Shown here one piece after another: positions 26,514 to 36,212 of a DNA stretch of 44,611 nt; position 1 is the first letter of the stretch; each line of letters opens with the position of its first letter. Under the pieces are notes generated by a model. It saw nothing but the letters and a program-made list of their open reading frames with translations, had not been told where the DNA came from and did no database searches. The DNA lies in assembly GCA_964462705.1 (NCBI GenBank), contig CAYWYV010000001.1, positions 4,099-48,709 of the forward strand, given 5' to 3'. The stretch comes from an uncultured Dehalococcoidia bacterium. GTDB lineage: Bacteria; Chloroflexota; Dehalococcoidia; Lucifugimonadales; UBA826. A program made the position numbers and the translations under genes.

Positions 26514-28079
26514 TTGACACCGGATTATTCGTTTATAGATAGCAGCGATAAGTCACTTCGTAAGGTTCTTGAGGGCATTCTTTGTAAGGATCCGAATTTA
26601 TGGGGCTCCGCATTTGATGGCCCTTCAGATTTTCTAGGATGGGTTGATGCACCTCAAGAGACTCTTGATCATCTTTCAGATCTGACTGAGATATTACCTG
26701 ACATTCATATGGAATTTGACCAAGCTGTGTTATTGGGTTTTGGTGGAAGTAGTTTGTCCGCTCGAACGTTGATCGACTTGTATGGGGATATTTCAGGACT
26801 ACAATTCAGTTACTTAGATTCCACCATACCGTCTCAGATTGAAACTGTTGAAAAATCCATGAATTTAAGTAGGACTCTTTTCCTAGTTTCTTCAAAATCT
26901 GGATCCACATTCGAGACAATGTGTCTCTTTAAGTATTTTTTTCAAAAAGTATCAACATTCTCTAACAGGGCCAATATAGGGGACCAATTTCTTGCTATTA
27001 CAGACAAAGGATCCCCACTAGATATTGTTGCTAAGGAGAATGAATTCCGGATGGTACTACATGGATACCCTGGGGTTGGTGGCAGATATTCAGTCTTTAC
27101 TCCTTTCGGTGTTTTCCCAGGCCTTTTATCAGGTGTGCCTGTACAACCTGTTCTTGAGGGGGGATTATCTGCTTCAAAAGCAACAGGCCAAAACGGGGAG
27201 CTGGTATTTATAGAAGATCTTCTAAGGTTTCTACTAAATGGATTGAAACGGGGTAGAGATAAGTTAGTTATTTATACCGATGAGGGCTTGGAAGGAATGG
27301 GGTTATGGATAGAGCAGATGCTGGCCGAAAGTTTAGGCAAATCTGGAGTTGGTATTATCCCAGTGGTCCGATCACACACTGAGCGTTCAGCAATTGAAAG
27401 ACCTGACTCGATGGTGATAAATATCCGTGTTAATAAAGAATCAAATTGGAAACTTGGTTCCGATGAATATTCACTGGTCATAGACTCGCCATTTTCTCTT
27501 GGGTTTCAGCTCTTCACATGGTCGTTAATTACAGCTGCCATGGGAAAACTCATGGCAGTTAACCCATTCGATCAACCGCACGTGGAATCATCCAAGAAAA
27601 CTATGTCCGTGATCTTAAACTCTGAAAGTAGTGATATTGAGATTTCTTGGGATGAACAAATGAAATCTGCAAGTGATCTCATAAGTTCTGCAAATCATAG
27701 GGATTACATAGGTATTCTTTGTTATCTACCAACCTCAGATAAAGTTCTGCAATTAACCAAAGTTTTGATTGATCGAATTGAGAGAGAAACTGAACTGGTT
27801 TGTACTTTGCATTTGGGGCCGGGCTATGTGCATTCGGTCGGTCAGCTACATAAGGGCGGGCCTGAAAATGCTAGGTTTTTGATGATAGGAGAAAAGTTTT
27901 CTAATGAATCTTTGGCGTTACCTGGAGAAACTTACGGGTTTACGAAAATACTTGAAGCTCAATTTAATGGAGACTTCTTAGCTCTGAAGTCATTTAAGAA
28001 GAAAGTTACTCGTATTCGTTTTATGGAAGGTATAGAAGATGGATTTCTGAGAATGTTTAAAGATTTACATTTCAATTGA
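26514..28079 (+). CDS. pgi: glucose-6-phosphate isomerase (divergent SIS-domain PGI)
   Basis: GFGGSSLSA, LFLVSSKSGSTFET and GVGGRYSVFTPFG. TTG start 10 nt after the tal stop, with no in-frame ATG until residue ~66. Confidence 0.83.
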   Translation: MTPDYSFIDSSDKSLRKVLEGILCKDPNLWGSAFDGPSDFLGWVDAPQETLDHLSDLTEILPDIHMEFDQAVLLGFGGSSLSARTLIDLYGDISGLQFSYLDSTIPSQIETVEKSMNLSRTLFLVSSKSGSTFETMCLFKYFFQKVSTFSNRANIGDQFLAITDKGSPLDIVAKENEFRMVLHGYPGVGGRYSVFTPFGVFPGLLSGVPVQPVLEGGLSASKATGQNGELVFIEDLLRFLLNGLKRGRDKLVIYTDEGLEGMGLWIEQMLAESLGKSGVGIIPVVRSHTERSAIERPDSMVINIRVNKESNWKLGSDEYSLVIDSPFSLGFQLFTWSLITAAMGKLMAVNPFDQPHVESSKKTMSVILNSESSDIEISWDEQMKSASDLISSANHRDYIGILCYLPTSDKVLQLTKVLIDRIERETELVCTLHLGPGYVHSVGQLHKGGPENARFLMIGEKFSNESLALPGETYGFTKILEAQFNGDFLALKSFKKKVTRIRFMEGIEDGFLRMFKDLHFN

Positions 28080-28084
28080 GTCAT

Positions 28085-28222
28085 ATGCTCACCTACGACA
28101 TGGCTATGTGGGCTATAGGTTATGTAATTATCATCTCAGGTCTCGGCTCAACACTAGAGGATTATTGGGACTACACAGAAACTTACGGATATGAACAGTC
28201 TTTTGAACGTGACGGGTTATAA
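28085..28222 (+). CDS. candidate 45-aa small membrane protein (below ORF-track cutoff)
   Basis: ATG lies 5 nt after the pgi stop. Translation: MLTYDMAMWAIGYVIIISGLGSTLEDYWDYTETYGYEQSFERDGL. It has one hydrophobic helix and then an aromatic/acidic tail. No clear SD; support is positional only. Confidence 0.2.
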   Translation: MLTYDMAMWAIGYVIIISGLGSTLEDYWDYTETYGYEQSFERDGL

Positions 28223-28316
28223 GTTTGGATCGCTTATCAACGGATTTTGAAACCTTCCATAACAGTTCAGATGCTGAGCAACTTAGTCAGTAGACTTCTG
28301 TGCATTTCAGGGAAGT

Positions 28317-29123
28317 CTAGTTCGATGCAAGAACTGCCAGAGCCTTTTCGGAGACGGTCCTATATTCATTAAGAACATCGTTACTCAAAAGTGATGTTGG
28401 TTTAGATGTATCTTGATATTCAGACCTTAGACCGATAGTGCCCAAGAAGTCCAGATCCAGTTCATCTGCTATTTCTTTTCCTGCTCCTGCTCCGAAGACT
28501 CCACCTGACATATTCTCTACGACTCCAAGTACATTAACTTGTAGTTTACGAACCATGTTTATACTTCTTTTCGCATCCACCTTTGCTAGCTCCTGCGGGG
28601 TAGTAACGACTATGAAACCATCCATGGTCAGTACCTGCATTATTGTCAGCGGAGCATCGGACGTACCAGGCGGCAAGTCAACGATCAGATAATCTAGATC
28701 ACCCCAATCTGTGGATTGAAGCATTTGATTGATTGCGTTGTGGATCATGGGTCCACGCCAAATAATTGCCTCATCTTCGTTTTCCTGGAAGAAAGCCATC
28801 GACATAACTTTGACACCAAATTTCTCGGGCGGGATCATTTTTTTATTCTCGCCGACCATTGGTTGATCAAAAGAGTTGATTGCACGAACCACATTTGGAC
28901 AATCGACGTCAACGTCTAGTATGCCTACACGTGCGCCATCATTTGCCAATGTTGCGGCTAGGTTTACAGCGATAGTCGTTTTTCCAACTCCGCCCTTACC
29001 ACTGTAAACACCGATCTTGTTTTTTATACCCAACAATGCTTCGTCGATCTGGCGTTTCTGTTCGAATTGGCGTTTCATCGCCTCTATACGGGCACGTGCC
29101 TGCGCGGGATTTTGCTGGCTCAT
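28317..29123 (-). CDS. Mrp/NBP35/ParA-type P-loop ATPase lacking the CxxC cluster-binding motif
   Basis: Deviant Walker A SGKGGVGKTT, then DVDVDCPNV, IVDLPPGTSD and VVENMS. It is then followed directly by GGVFGAGAGKE, where ApbC/Mrp proteins carry CPxCG. There is only one Cys in the protein. Confidence 0.85.
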   Translation of the reverse strand: MSQQNPAQARARIEAMKRQFEQKRQIDEALLGIKNKIGVYSGKGGVGKTTIAVNLAATLANDGARVGILDVDVDCPNVVRAINSFDQPMVGENKKMIPPEKFGVKVMSMAFFQENEDEAIIWRGPMIHNAINQMLQSTDWGDLDYLIVDLPPGTSDAPLTIMQVLTMDGFIVVTTPQELAKVDAKRSINMVRKLQVNVLGVVENMSGGVFGAGAGKEIADELDLDFLGTIGLRSEYQDTSKPTSLLSNDVLNEYRTVSEKALAVLASN

Positions 29124-29175
29124 AGGGGTACTCCCGGTGGGAACTTACAAGGGACTTTGTTTATTGACTATCTGG

Positions 29176-29490
29176 CTAATCTAAACCCAATAGTCTTTTA
29201 CCCTCTTCTGTAATCATGTCTGGAGTCCATGGAGGGTCAAACACTAGGTCTACGTTGATATCTTCAATGCCTTCAACTTCTGCGAGGCGCCATTCGGCTT
29301 GTTGTGCAATATACGGTCCCATTCCGCATCCTGCAAAAGTTAAAGTCATTCTGACGTCAACATCGCCGTCGTCAACTTCGACCCCGTAGACAAGTCCTAA
29401 ATCGACTATGTTAACGGGAATTTCAGGGTCATACACATCCCTTAAAGCTTCTAGCACTTCGTCATGGGTTACAGTCGCAGATTCTGCCAT
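29176..29490 (-). CDS. DUF59 (MIP18/SufT-like) metal-sulfur cluster assembly factor
   Basis: [28 protein letters not shown] and [11 protein letters not shown], the DUF59 hallmark with its conserved Cys. It lies upstream of the Mrp-like gene. Confidence 0.8.
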   Translation of the reverse strand: MAESATVTHDEVLEALRDVYDPEIPVNIVDLGLVYGVEVDDGDVDVRMTLTFAGCGMGPYIAQQAEWRLAEVEGIEDINVDLVFDPPWTPDMITEEGKRLLGLD

Positions 29491-29634
29491 TATTTACTAC
29501 CTGACTTCAGAATATTTTTGGTTGCAATTTGATATCCAACCAGTCTTCTTGACTGATCTGGTCATGAATAGATTGTATCTACCCAATCTTCAGGGTGTCA
29601 ATTTTGATCTATTGCGGTTCTCATTAGTTTTATA

Positions 29635-31611
29635 TTAATCGATAAGTACTTTACGCAAGTCAACAATCTGATCTCTCAGCAGCGCTGCCTTTTCAAACTC
29701 AAGATCTCTAGAAGCGGATTTCATCTGAGATTCCAAGTCTTTTATAAGACGAGTGATGTCTTCCTTGGGAAGGTCATCTCCCGATATAGAATGATCTAAT
29801 TGCGGCTCTGAAATCGCTCGGACTCTTTCTGTAATGTCACGTATTGTTTTTCGGATGCTTTGGGGGGTAATACCGTTCTCGCGATTGTGCGATTCCTGGA
29901 TCTGTCTCCGTCGTTCTGTTTCGTCTATTGCCCGTTTCATGGAATCAGTGACAACATCAGCGTACATAATTACCTTGCCATCAATATGTCGCGCTGCTCT
30001 TCCGATGGTTTGAACGAGAGCGGTTGTGGATCTTAGGTACCCTTCCTTATCGGCGTCTAAGATAGCTATTAAACTAACTTCGGGGAGATCCAGACCTTCC
30101 CTTAATAAGTTGATACCAACAAGAACATCGTAAACTCCGAGGCGTAAATCTCTAAGTATTTCACTTCTTTCTAGAGTGTCTATCTCAGAGTGCAGATACT
30201 GGGTTCGGATGCCGGTTTCTTTTAAGTAATCTGACAGCTCTTCGGACATTCTTTTTGTCAAGGTTGTGATTAGGCAACGTTCACCCTTGTTAACCCGCTG
30301 GTTCACCTGGTACAAAAGGTCGTCTATTTGACCATCTACAGGCTTTACTTCTATAACGGGGTCTGTAAGCCCTGTAGGACGTATAACTTGCTCAATTATT
30401 TTTTCGCTGTGTTCCATTTCATATGGTCCGGGGGTAGCTGAGACATAGACGGCTTGACTGACTCGATCCTCAAACTCTTCAAAATTCAAAGGGCGATTAT
30501 CTAGGGCGGAGGGTAGGCGAAAACCATGTTCAACTAGGGTCTCTTTTCTTGAACGATCACCTTTATACATGGCCCTTATTTGAGGAATTGTCATGTGACT
30601 TTCATCTACAAAAAGGAGGAAGTCGTCTGGTAGGTAGTCCATTAGAGTATATGGAGTACTTCCCGCTGCTCTTTGTGCGAGGTGCCTAGAATAGTTTTCC
30701 ACTCCGGCGCAATAGCCTGCAATTTCCAGCATTTCGAGATCATAGTTTGTTCTCGATTCTAGTCGCTGTGCTTCTAATATCTTCCCTTGGCTTTTTAGAA
30801 GTTTTAAATGAAGGGCGAGTTCATCTTGGATATCTGCGATTGCATTCTTGAGTTTTTCTTGAGAGGTGACAAAATGTTTGGCTGGAAATATTTCTATTGT
30901 TTCTCTTTCAGACAGGACTTCTCCAGTTAAAGGGTCTAGTTGGATGATTCTCTCCACATCGTCACCCCAAAATTCTATTCTGACTCCAAGATCTTCGTAT
31001 GCTGGCATAATTTCCAGAGTGTCTCCTCTTACCCTGAACCTACCTCTTGCCAGGTCGTAGTCGTTACGTTCATATTGCATATCTACCAATTGACGAATCA
31101 ACTTGTTTCTATTTCTAATTTCTCCTTTGCGGATGGAAGCAACAAATCCTTCATATTCATCAGGGGACCCAAGACCAAAAATGCATGAAACAGAAGCCAC
31201 TATCAAAACGTCTTTACGAGTTAAAAGTGCTCTTGTCGCCGCATGTCGGAGTTTATCTAACTCTTCGTTGACATCGGCATCTTTTTCTATATACGTGTCA
31301 GTTCTGGGAACGTAAGCTTCTGGCTGATAGTAATCGTAATAACTAACGAAATATTCGACGGCATTTTGCGGGAAAAACTCTTTAAATTCTGTAGCGAGTT
31401 GTGCAGCGAGGGTTTTGTTATGGGCGATTACCAAAGTTGGTTTTTGAACTTTTTCCACTACGCATGCCATCGTAAAGGTCTTGCCGCTGCCAGTAACACC
31501 CATGAGGGTCTGGTGGCCTGCTCCTCCATCTATCGCTGAAGACATCTCATCGATGGCTGTGGGTTGATCACCAGTGGGCCCAAAATCTGAAACTATCTTA
31601 AATTTTGTCAA
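29635..31611 (-). CDS. uvrB: excinuclease ABC subunit B
   Basis: [11 protein letters not shown], Walker [19 protein letters not shown], helicase motifs, and the C-terminal UVR domain ([13 protein letters not shown]). TTG start. Confidence 0.95.
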   Translation of the reverse strand: MTKFKIVSDFGPTGDQPTAIDEMSSAIDGGAGHQTLMGVTGSGKTFTMACVVEKVQKPTLVIAHNKTLAAQLATEFKEFFPQNAVEYFVSYYDYYQPEAYVPRTDTYIEKDADVNEELDKLRHAATRALLTRKDVLIVASVSCIFGLGSPDEYEGFVASIRKGEIRNRNKLIRQLVDMQYERNDYDLARGRFRVRGDTLEIMPAYEDLGVRIEFWGDDVERIIQLDPLTGEVLSERETIEIFPAKHFVTSQEKLKNAIADIQDELALHLKLLKSQGKILEAQRLESRTNYDLEMLEIAGYCAGVENYSRHLAQRAAGSTPYTLMDYLPDDFLLFVDESHMTIPQIRAMYKGDRSRKETLVEHGFRLPSALDNRPLNFEEFEDRVSQAVYVSATPGPYEMEHSEKIIEQVIRPTGLTDPVIEVKPVDGQIDDLLYQVNQRVNKGERCLITTLTKRMSEELSDYLKETGIRTQYLHSEIDTLERSEILRDLRLGVYDVLVGINLLREGLDLPEVSLIAILDADKEGYLRSTTALVQTIGRAARHIDGKVIMYADVVTDSMKRAIDETERRRQIQESHNRENGITPQSIRKTIRDITERVRAISEPQLDHSISGDDLPKEDITRLIKDLESQMKSASRDLEFEKAALLRDQIVDLRKVLID

Positions 31612-31614
31612 CGG

Positions 31615-32382
31615 TCACGCTATTTTTCCTAGTTCAAATACCATTTCACTAGTTTGATATTCGACAGAGTTTGTAAAGCTATTGATTATTTTTTTGGTTA
31701 TAAAACCATTATTTAAAAAGAGATACTCGGCTTCCCTAGGATGAGTATATCTAAGTGGAAAATCTGCGTACCTTGTTTCTGTGACGGTCCCAGCTCTAGA
31801 GATTTCCACTACCAATGTTGTTTGTATCACTTGCGTATGCGTATCAAAGCTGGATTTATGTTTAACCAAAATTGATCTTCCTGAGGCTTCGTCAAATATT
31901 TTTTTGACGTCGTAGAAAACCCTACTGTCTTGATCAAACATTTCCAAGCTCGGAAAGAACATGTCTATGATCACTTTACCATCATGTTTTAGATGTTTGT
32001 GTATTGCTGCCAAACATTGTTCCTGGTCGCTGACCGTAAGCAAAGATTGAAAACCTCTAAACGGGATAATAACAAGGTCAAATTTTGAATCTAGTGTAAA
32101 AGATCTCATGTCCCCTATGACACAGTCTAAAAGGAGACCTCTTTGTACTGATTTTTCTTTGAGTATAGTGAGCATCTGGGCTGATAGGTCTAGTGCAGTC
32201 AAATTAGAGGTTATTTCTGCTATGGGTATACTAACTCGGCCAGTTCCACATCCGAGTTCTAGCACTTCATAGTCGGGTTTTTTAACTTGGTCGATATAGT
32301 ATGGGATGTCATCAACTACATCCTCATATACTGTGTCATATAGGGTTGCCCATATGTCATAGTTAATAGTCACAAGAAACAC
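31615..32382 (-). CDS. class I SAM-dependent methyltransferase
   Basis: Motif I VLELGCGTGRVS, then LDLS and IGDM. GTG start 4 nt after the ruvA stop. The stop lies 4 nt before the uvrB start. Confidence 0.8.
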   Translation of the reverse strand: MFLVTINYDIWATLYDTVYEDVVDDIPYYIDQVKKPDYEVLELGCGTGRVSIPIAEITSNLTALDLSAQMLTILKEKSVQRGLLLDCVIGDMRSFTLDSKFDLVIIPFRGFQSLLTVSDQEQCLAAIHKHLKHDGKVIIDMFFPSLEMFDQDSRVFYDVKKIFDEASGRSILVKHKSSFDTHTQVIQTTLVVEISRAGTVTETRYADFPLRYTHPREAEYLFLNNGFITKKIINSFTNSVEYQTSEMVFELGKIA

Positions 32383-32385
32383 CTT

Positions 32386-32979
32386 CTACTGAGATGTCAA
32401 AAATTGCAAAGCAAGCCTGAGTTTTTCCTCAGTAGTTAATCTGTCATTTTCTCCTGTATTTGTTGATGTGATAGCTCTACGCGTTTCCTGTACTGAATAT
32501 CCCAGGGATGTCAGAGAGTCGAAGACGTCATCTACAATTTCCGCTCCTCCCGGGATAGACCAGGACTGATCTAATTTTCCTTTAAGTTCTAAAACAATTC
32601 GGCTAGCAGTTCTAGCTCCCACTCCAGGAACTCTCTTAAAGGAGTCTGTATCTTCTGACTGTACTGCCGCGGCCATCGTGCCTGCGTCAAAAGTTGAAAG
32701 AACTGCGATGGCTAATCTTGGTCCTACTCCGTTGATATTGATCAGCGCCTCAAATGCCATCCTGTCTTCTTCGGTTGCAAAGCCGTACATGGTGATACTG
32801 TCTTGTCTCAGTTGCAATGAAGTCAGAAGTTTTACGGAATCTCCCGAATCGCCAATTCGATCAATGGTGGAAGTGGGTGTACTTATCCTGAAAGTGACTC
32901 CTGAGACAATTATGTCTACGTATTCAGGACCCTTTGATTCTATTTTTCCAGTGATTGCAGATATGAGCGTGTTGACCAT
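32386..32979 (-). CDS. ruvA: Holliday junction branch migration complex subunit RuvA
   Basis: OB-fold N-terminus, two HhH motifs (INGVGPRLA and VPGVGARTASRI), and a C-terminal domain III. Confidence 0.9.
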   Translation of the reverse strand: MVNTLISAITGKIESKGPEYVDIIVSGVTFRISTPTSTIDRIGDSGDSVKLLTSLQLRQDSITMYGFATEEDRMAFEALININGVGPRLAIAVLSTFDAGTMAAAVQSEDTDSFKRVPGVGARTASRIVLELKGKLDQSWSIPGGAEIVDDVFDSLTSLGYSVQETRRAITSTNTGENDRLTTEEKLRLALQFLTSQ

Positions 32980-32981
32980 TT

Positions 32982-33473
32982 CTACTCCAAAAATAGGTTA
33001 TCTAACATCGTCGCATTATGGTGACAAATTGCTACCGCTAGAGCGTCAGTAACATCATCGGGGCCATTGATTTCTATATTACCCAACAATATTTTCACCA
33101 TGGCTTCAACCTGTTCTTTGGAGCTGCCGCCATAATCTGTCACAGCCTTTTTTATTTCCCTAGGTGCATATCTAAAAACTGATATTTCTTTTTGTGCGGC
33201 GGCTATAAGAACCACTGCCTGAGCCTGACCAATAGCGATTGCCGTTTTGGGATTTTTAGATACAAAGGGTTCTTCCACCGCTATTGCGTCGGGTTTGATC
33301 TCCTCAATAATGGTTTCTATTTCGTTGTAGAGTTCACGAAGCCTCTTCTCTATTGAGAACGAACGATGTGGAGTGAGGCAACCATGAGCTACAGTGGCTA
33401 ATTCACCAGATATTGAGTCGACGGCCCCGAATCCCATCCTAATCGTCCCAGGATCAACGCCAAGTACCCTCAA
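32982..33473 (-). CDS. ruvC: crossover junction endodeoxyribonuclease RuvC
   Basis: MRVLGVDPGTIRMGFG, AVEEPF and DALAVAICH, the RuvC catalytic acidic residues and layout. Confidence 0.92.
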   Translation of the reverse strand: MRVLGVDPGTIRMGFGAVDSISGELATVAHGCLTPHRSFSIEKRLRELYNEIETIIEEIKPDAIAVEEPFVSKNPKTAIAIGQAQAVVLIAAAQKEISVFRYAPREIKKAVTDYGGSSKEQVEAMVKILLGNIEINGPDDVTDALAVAICHHNATMLDNLFLE

Positions 33474-33487
33474 AGACTTTTTATCCT

Positions 33488-34243
33488 TTAGCCTGACTGA
33501 AAGCTTACCAGCGCATCTTCGGGAAAGTCGGCGTTAGAATACACTTTCTGAACGTCGTCAAGATCTTCTAATGTGTCTAGTAATCTTAAGGTTTGTACTG
33601 CCTTACGGCTTTCCAGCATTATTGTATTACTGGGGATCATAGAGAGTTCAGTGGACGCTATGGCAGCGTTGTTATCTGCTAATGAGGATCGAATTTCCAT
33701 CAAGGATGTGGGTATTGAATATACGTGCAATGTCCCATCATAAGTTTCAAAATCATCCGCTCCGGCGTCTATTGCGATAAGGGCTAAATCTTCTGCCTTG
33801 TCCTCATCAACATCAACAACTATTACCCCTTTTTGTTCAAATTGCCAGGCAACGGCTCCTGATTCCGCCATATTACCCCCCGCTTTGGAAAAGGTGGAGC
33901 GTATATCGGAAACAGTCCGATTCTTATTGTCTGTCAAAGTTTCAAGCATTATGCCCACGCCTCCAGGCCCATACCCTTCGTAAGTAATCTCAGACATTGC
34001 CTCCCCGTCAGAGCCTTCTCCGCTTCCCTTTTTGACAGCTCGGTCGATATTATCTGCAGGCATATTTGCGTCTTTAGCAATTTGGATTGCCATGCGAAGC
34101 CGGAAATTCATGTCAGCGTCACTTCCACCCACTTTAGCAGCGACTATTATTTCCTTAGATAATTTAGTGAAAAGCTTGCCTCTCTTCGCATCCGTGGCAG
34201 CCTTTTTATGCTTTATGGTGGACCATTTAGAATGTCCAGACAT
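33488..34243 (-). CDS. yebC: YebC/PmpR family transcriptional regulator
   Basis: MSGHSKWSTIKHKKAATDAKRGKLFTKL is the family N-terminus. ATG 34243 is preferred over the track's GTG 34261. Confidence 0.92.
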   Translation of the reverse strand: MSGHSKWSTIKHKKAATDAKRGKLFTKLSKEIIVAAKVGGSDADMNFRLRMAIQIAKDANMPADNIDRAVKKGSGEGSDGEAMSEITYEGYGPGGVGIMLETLTDNKNRTVSDIRSTFSKAGGNMAESGAVAWQFEQKGVIVVDVDEDKAEDLALIAIDAGADDFETYDGTLHVYSIPTSLMEIRSSLADNNAAIASTELSMIPSNTIMLESRKAVQTLRLLDTLEDLDDVQKVYSNADFPEDALVSFQSG

Positions 34244-34350
34244 GTTATCTGACAACCTCACTATAGACTTATTTGATCAACCCGAGATTCTAATAATCTC
34301 AGATCCTAACTATTGCCGATTCTACCATCTCAAATTGAATTGATGGTCCG

Positions 34351-35229
34351 CTATAGAAAAATTTGAGACCTAAACTCTGGTTTTCCTGAGATTCCCGGGT
34401 TCAATCGAAACAAAGCTCCAGCTTGCAATCCGTTTTCTGAAGGGTTGTCACCACCTGCAGTTGTCACGTACATGTCAGTGTAAGAATTTCCTGAGTCCTC
34501 TTTATTCAAAGGATTCTCAGCGAACGTAGGACAGGAGACCTTTTTAGTGTTGAAGTCTATTTTGTTCACCTGTTCCCCTTCTGGACTGTATCTGTACAAG
34601 GCCCAGCCGTCCCAACGGGCTGACCATACGTGGTCTTCTGAGTCAACTGTCATGCCGTCTGGTATCCCCTCATTAACGGGTGTGGTTATAAAAACCGATC
34701 GTTCCAATAATTCTCCATTTACTGGATTAATTCGGTATTTATATATTGTGTGAGCAGTGGAGTCTGTGTAATACATCCATTCACAGTCTGTTGTAAATCC
34801 CAGACCATTTGATATTCCGATTCCAGTTATGACCGGCTGGATGGAACCATCAGGGTCCAGTCGGTAGAGAGTTCCAGGGTTTTCCGTGGTGGACATAGTT
34901 CCACAAAAAACGCTCCCGTTGGGAGCAGCGATCACGTCATTGAATCGCGAGGTTTCTTCACCTTCCAGAGTTTCTATTACATAATTAAGCTCATTTCCGT
35001 CCCAGATGGCAATAGCTCCTTTTTCCATAAATAATAGGAGGTTCCCGTCACTCTGTATCGTTATTCCTCCAACTTGAGGTCCTTTGTAGATTTGTTCATG
35101 TTTGTTGGTAAAGGGGTCGTATCTGAAAATGAAACCCGATGGGATGTCTAGCCAGTAAAGCTTTTTTTCTTGCGAATGCCAGATTGGTCCTTCACCCGTT
35201 ACGCATTTGTAATTTGCTATCACTTCCAT
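34351..35229 (-). CDS. SMP-30/gluconolactonase/LRE-like beta-propeller
   Basis: GEGPIWHSQEKKLYWLDI, NDVIAAPNGSVF, SNGLGFT and PDGMTVDSEDHVWSA. ATG 35229 with GGAG 7 nt upstream is preferred over the track's TTG 35295. Confidence 0.8.
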   Translation of the reverse strand: MEVIANYKCVTGEGPIWHSQEKKLYWLDIPSGFIFRYDPFTNKHEQIYKGPQVGGITIQSDGNLLLFMEKGAIAIWDGNELNYVIETLEGEETSRFNDVIAAPNGSVFCGTMSTTENPGTLYRLDPDGSIQPVITGIGISNGLGFTTDCEWMYYTDSTAHTIYKYRINPVNGELLERSVFITTPVNEGIPDGMTVDSEDHVWSARWDGWALYRYSPEGEQVNKIDFNTKKVSCPTFAENPLNKEDSGNSYTDMYVTTAGGDNPSENGLQAGALFRLNPGISGKPEFRSQIFL

Positions 35230-35312
35230 ATTAATCTCCGAATAGTCTAAGATTTTTTGCAAACTGTTTGTGGGTAAAATACCATTGATTGGCAAAGAGG
35301 TGAAAAAGGCCG

Positions 35313-36212
35313 GTGTTCCAACTGCTTATAACGAGCCGACCTAAACAGTGGATTAAAAATTTTGTAATTTTTCTACCACTATTATTTTCATTCAATGAGT
35401 ATTGGTCTTTAGGAAGCGACACCGAGGCATTTAATTTTCTAATAAAGGTCACTATTTCATTTGTGATTTTTACTTTGGCGAGTTCCTCTGTCTATCTCGT
35501 TAATGATGTTATTGATGCACAGGAAGATAGATCACACCCGATAAAGAAAAAACGACCTGTAGCTGCAGGTGTCCTGAGTATCCGATTCGCGATATTATCA
35601 TCTATTTTCGCTGCTTCCATCAGTTTGCTTACTTCTTGGATATTTGTCTGGGAACTGACTCCGATACTTGCAATATACCTTGGGTTGATGCTCTTCTACG
35701 TCTTACTGTTTCGGAGGCTTATTATCTTGGATGTTTTCTGCATAGGTCTGGGGTTCATGCTCAGAGTTATTGCGGGGGGTGTGGTAATAGGGATACCAAT
35801 ATCTCCATGGTTGTACGTATGTATGGGATTTGGGGCGCTTTTTATAGGATTTTCCAAACGTAAAGGAGAGTTACTAAGTGTCAGTAGCATGTCTTCCGGA
35901 GAGCCCAAACTTAGAGACACATTAGGGAAATATGATCTTGGATTTATTGACAATCTACTATCAATGACCTTAGCAGCCACACTGATATCTTATTGTTTGT
36001 ATACGTTTTGGGCGGAAAATCTTCCTGAAAATAATTCGATGATGCTTACCATTCCATTTGTCGCGTACGGTTTGTTTCGGTATCTATACCTGTCGAGATT
36101 CCCCGGGGTAGCTGAGCGTCCCGAGGAGACGATAATTCGCGATCCACACATGGTTACATCCGTTGTCCTCTGGTTGTTGGCGGTTGTAGGAATTTTGGCT
36201 CTTTATAGATAA
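35313..36212 (+). CDS. UbiA-family prenyltransferase, decaprenyl-phosphate phosphoribosyltransferase-like
   Basis: SRPKQWIKNFVIFLPLLFS and YLVNDVIDAQEDRSHPIKKKRPVAAG match the DPPR-synthase subgroup signature (RPxQWxKN; NDxxDxxxDxxHPxKxxRPxAxG). Multi-pass membrane protein. GTG start. Confidence 0.78.
   Translation: MFQLLITSRPKQWIKNFVIFLPLLFSFNEYWSLGSDTEAFNFLIKVTISFVIFTLASSSVYLVNDVIDAQEDRSHPIKKKRPVAAGVLSIRFAILSSIFAASISLLTSWIFVWELTPILAIYLGLMLFYVLLFRRLIILDVFCIGLGFMLRVIAGGVVIGIPISPWLYVCMGFGALFIGFSKRKGELLSVSSMSSGEPKLRDTLGKYDLGFIDNLLSMTLAATLISYCLYTFWAENLPENNSMMLTIPFVAYGLFRYLYLSRFPGVAERPEETIIRDPHMVTSVVLWLLAVVGILALYR

Noticed and set aside
28291-28319. An 8-bp inverted repeat TAGACTTC-N13-GAAGTCTA overlapping the Mrp-like stop codon, considered as a bidirectional terminator.
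   Set aside because: There is no T-run on either strand, and the 13-nt loop is large. It is weak as an intrinsic terminator.
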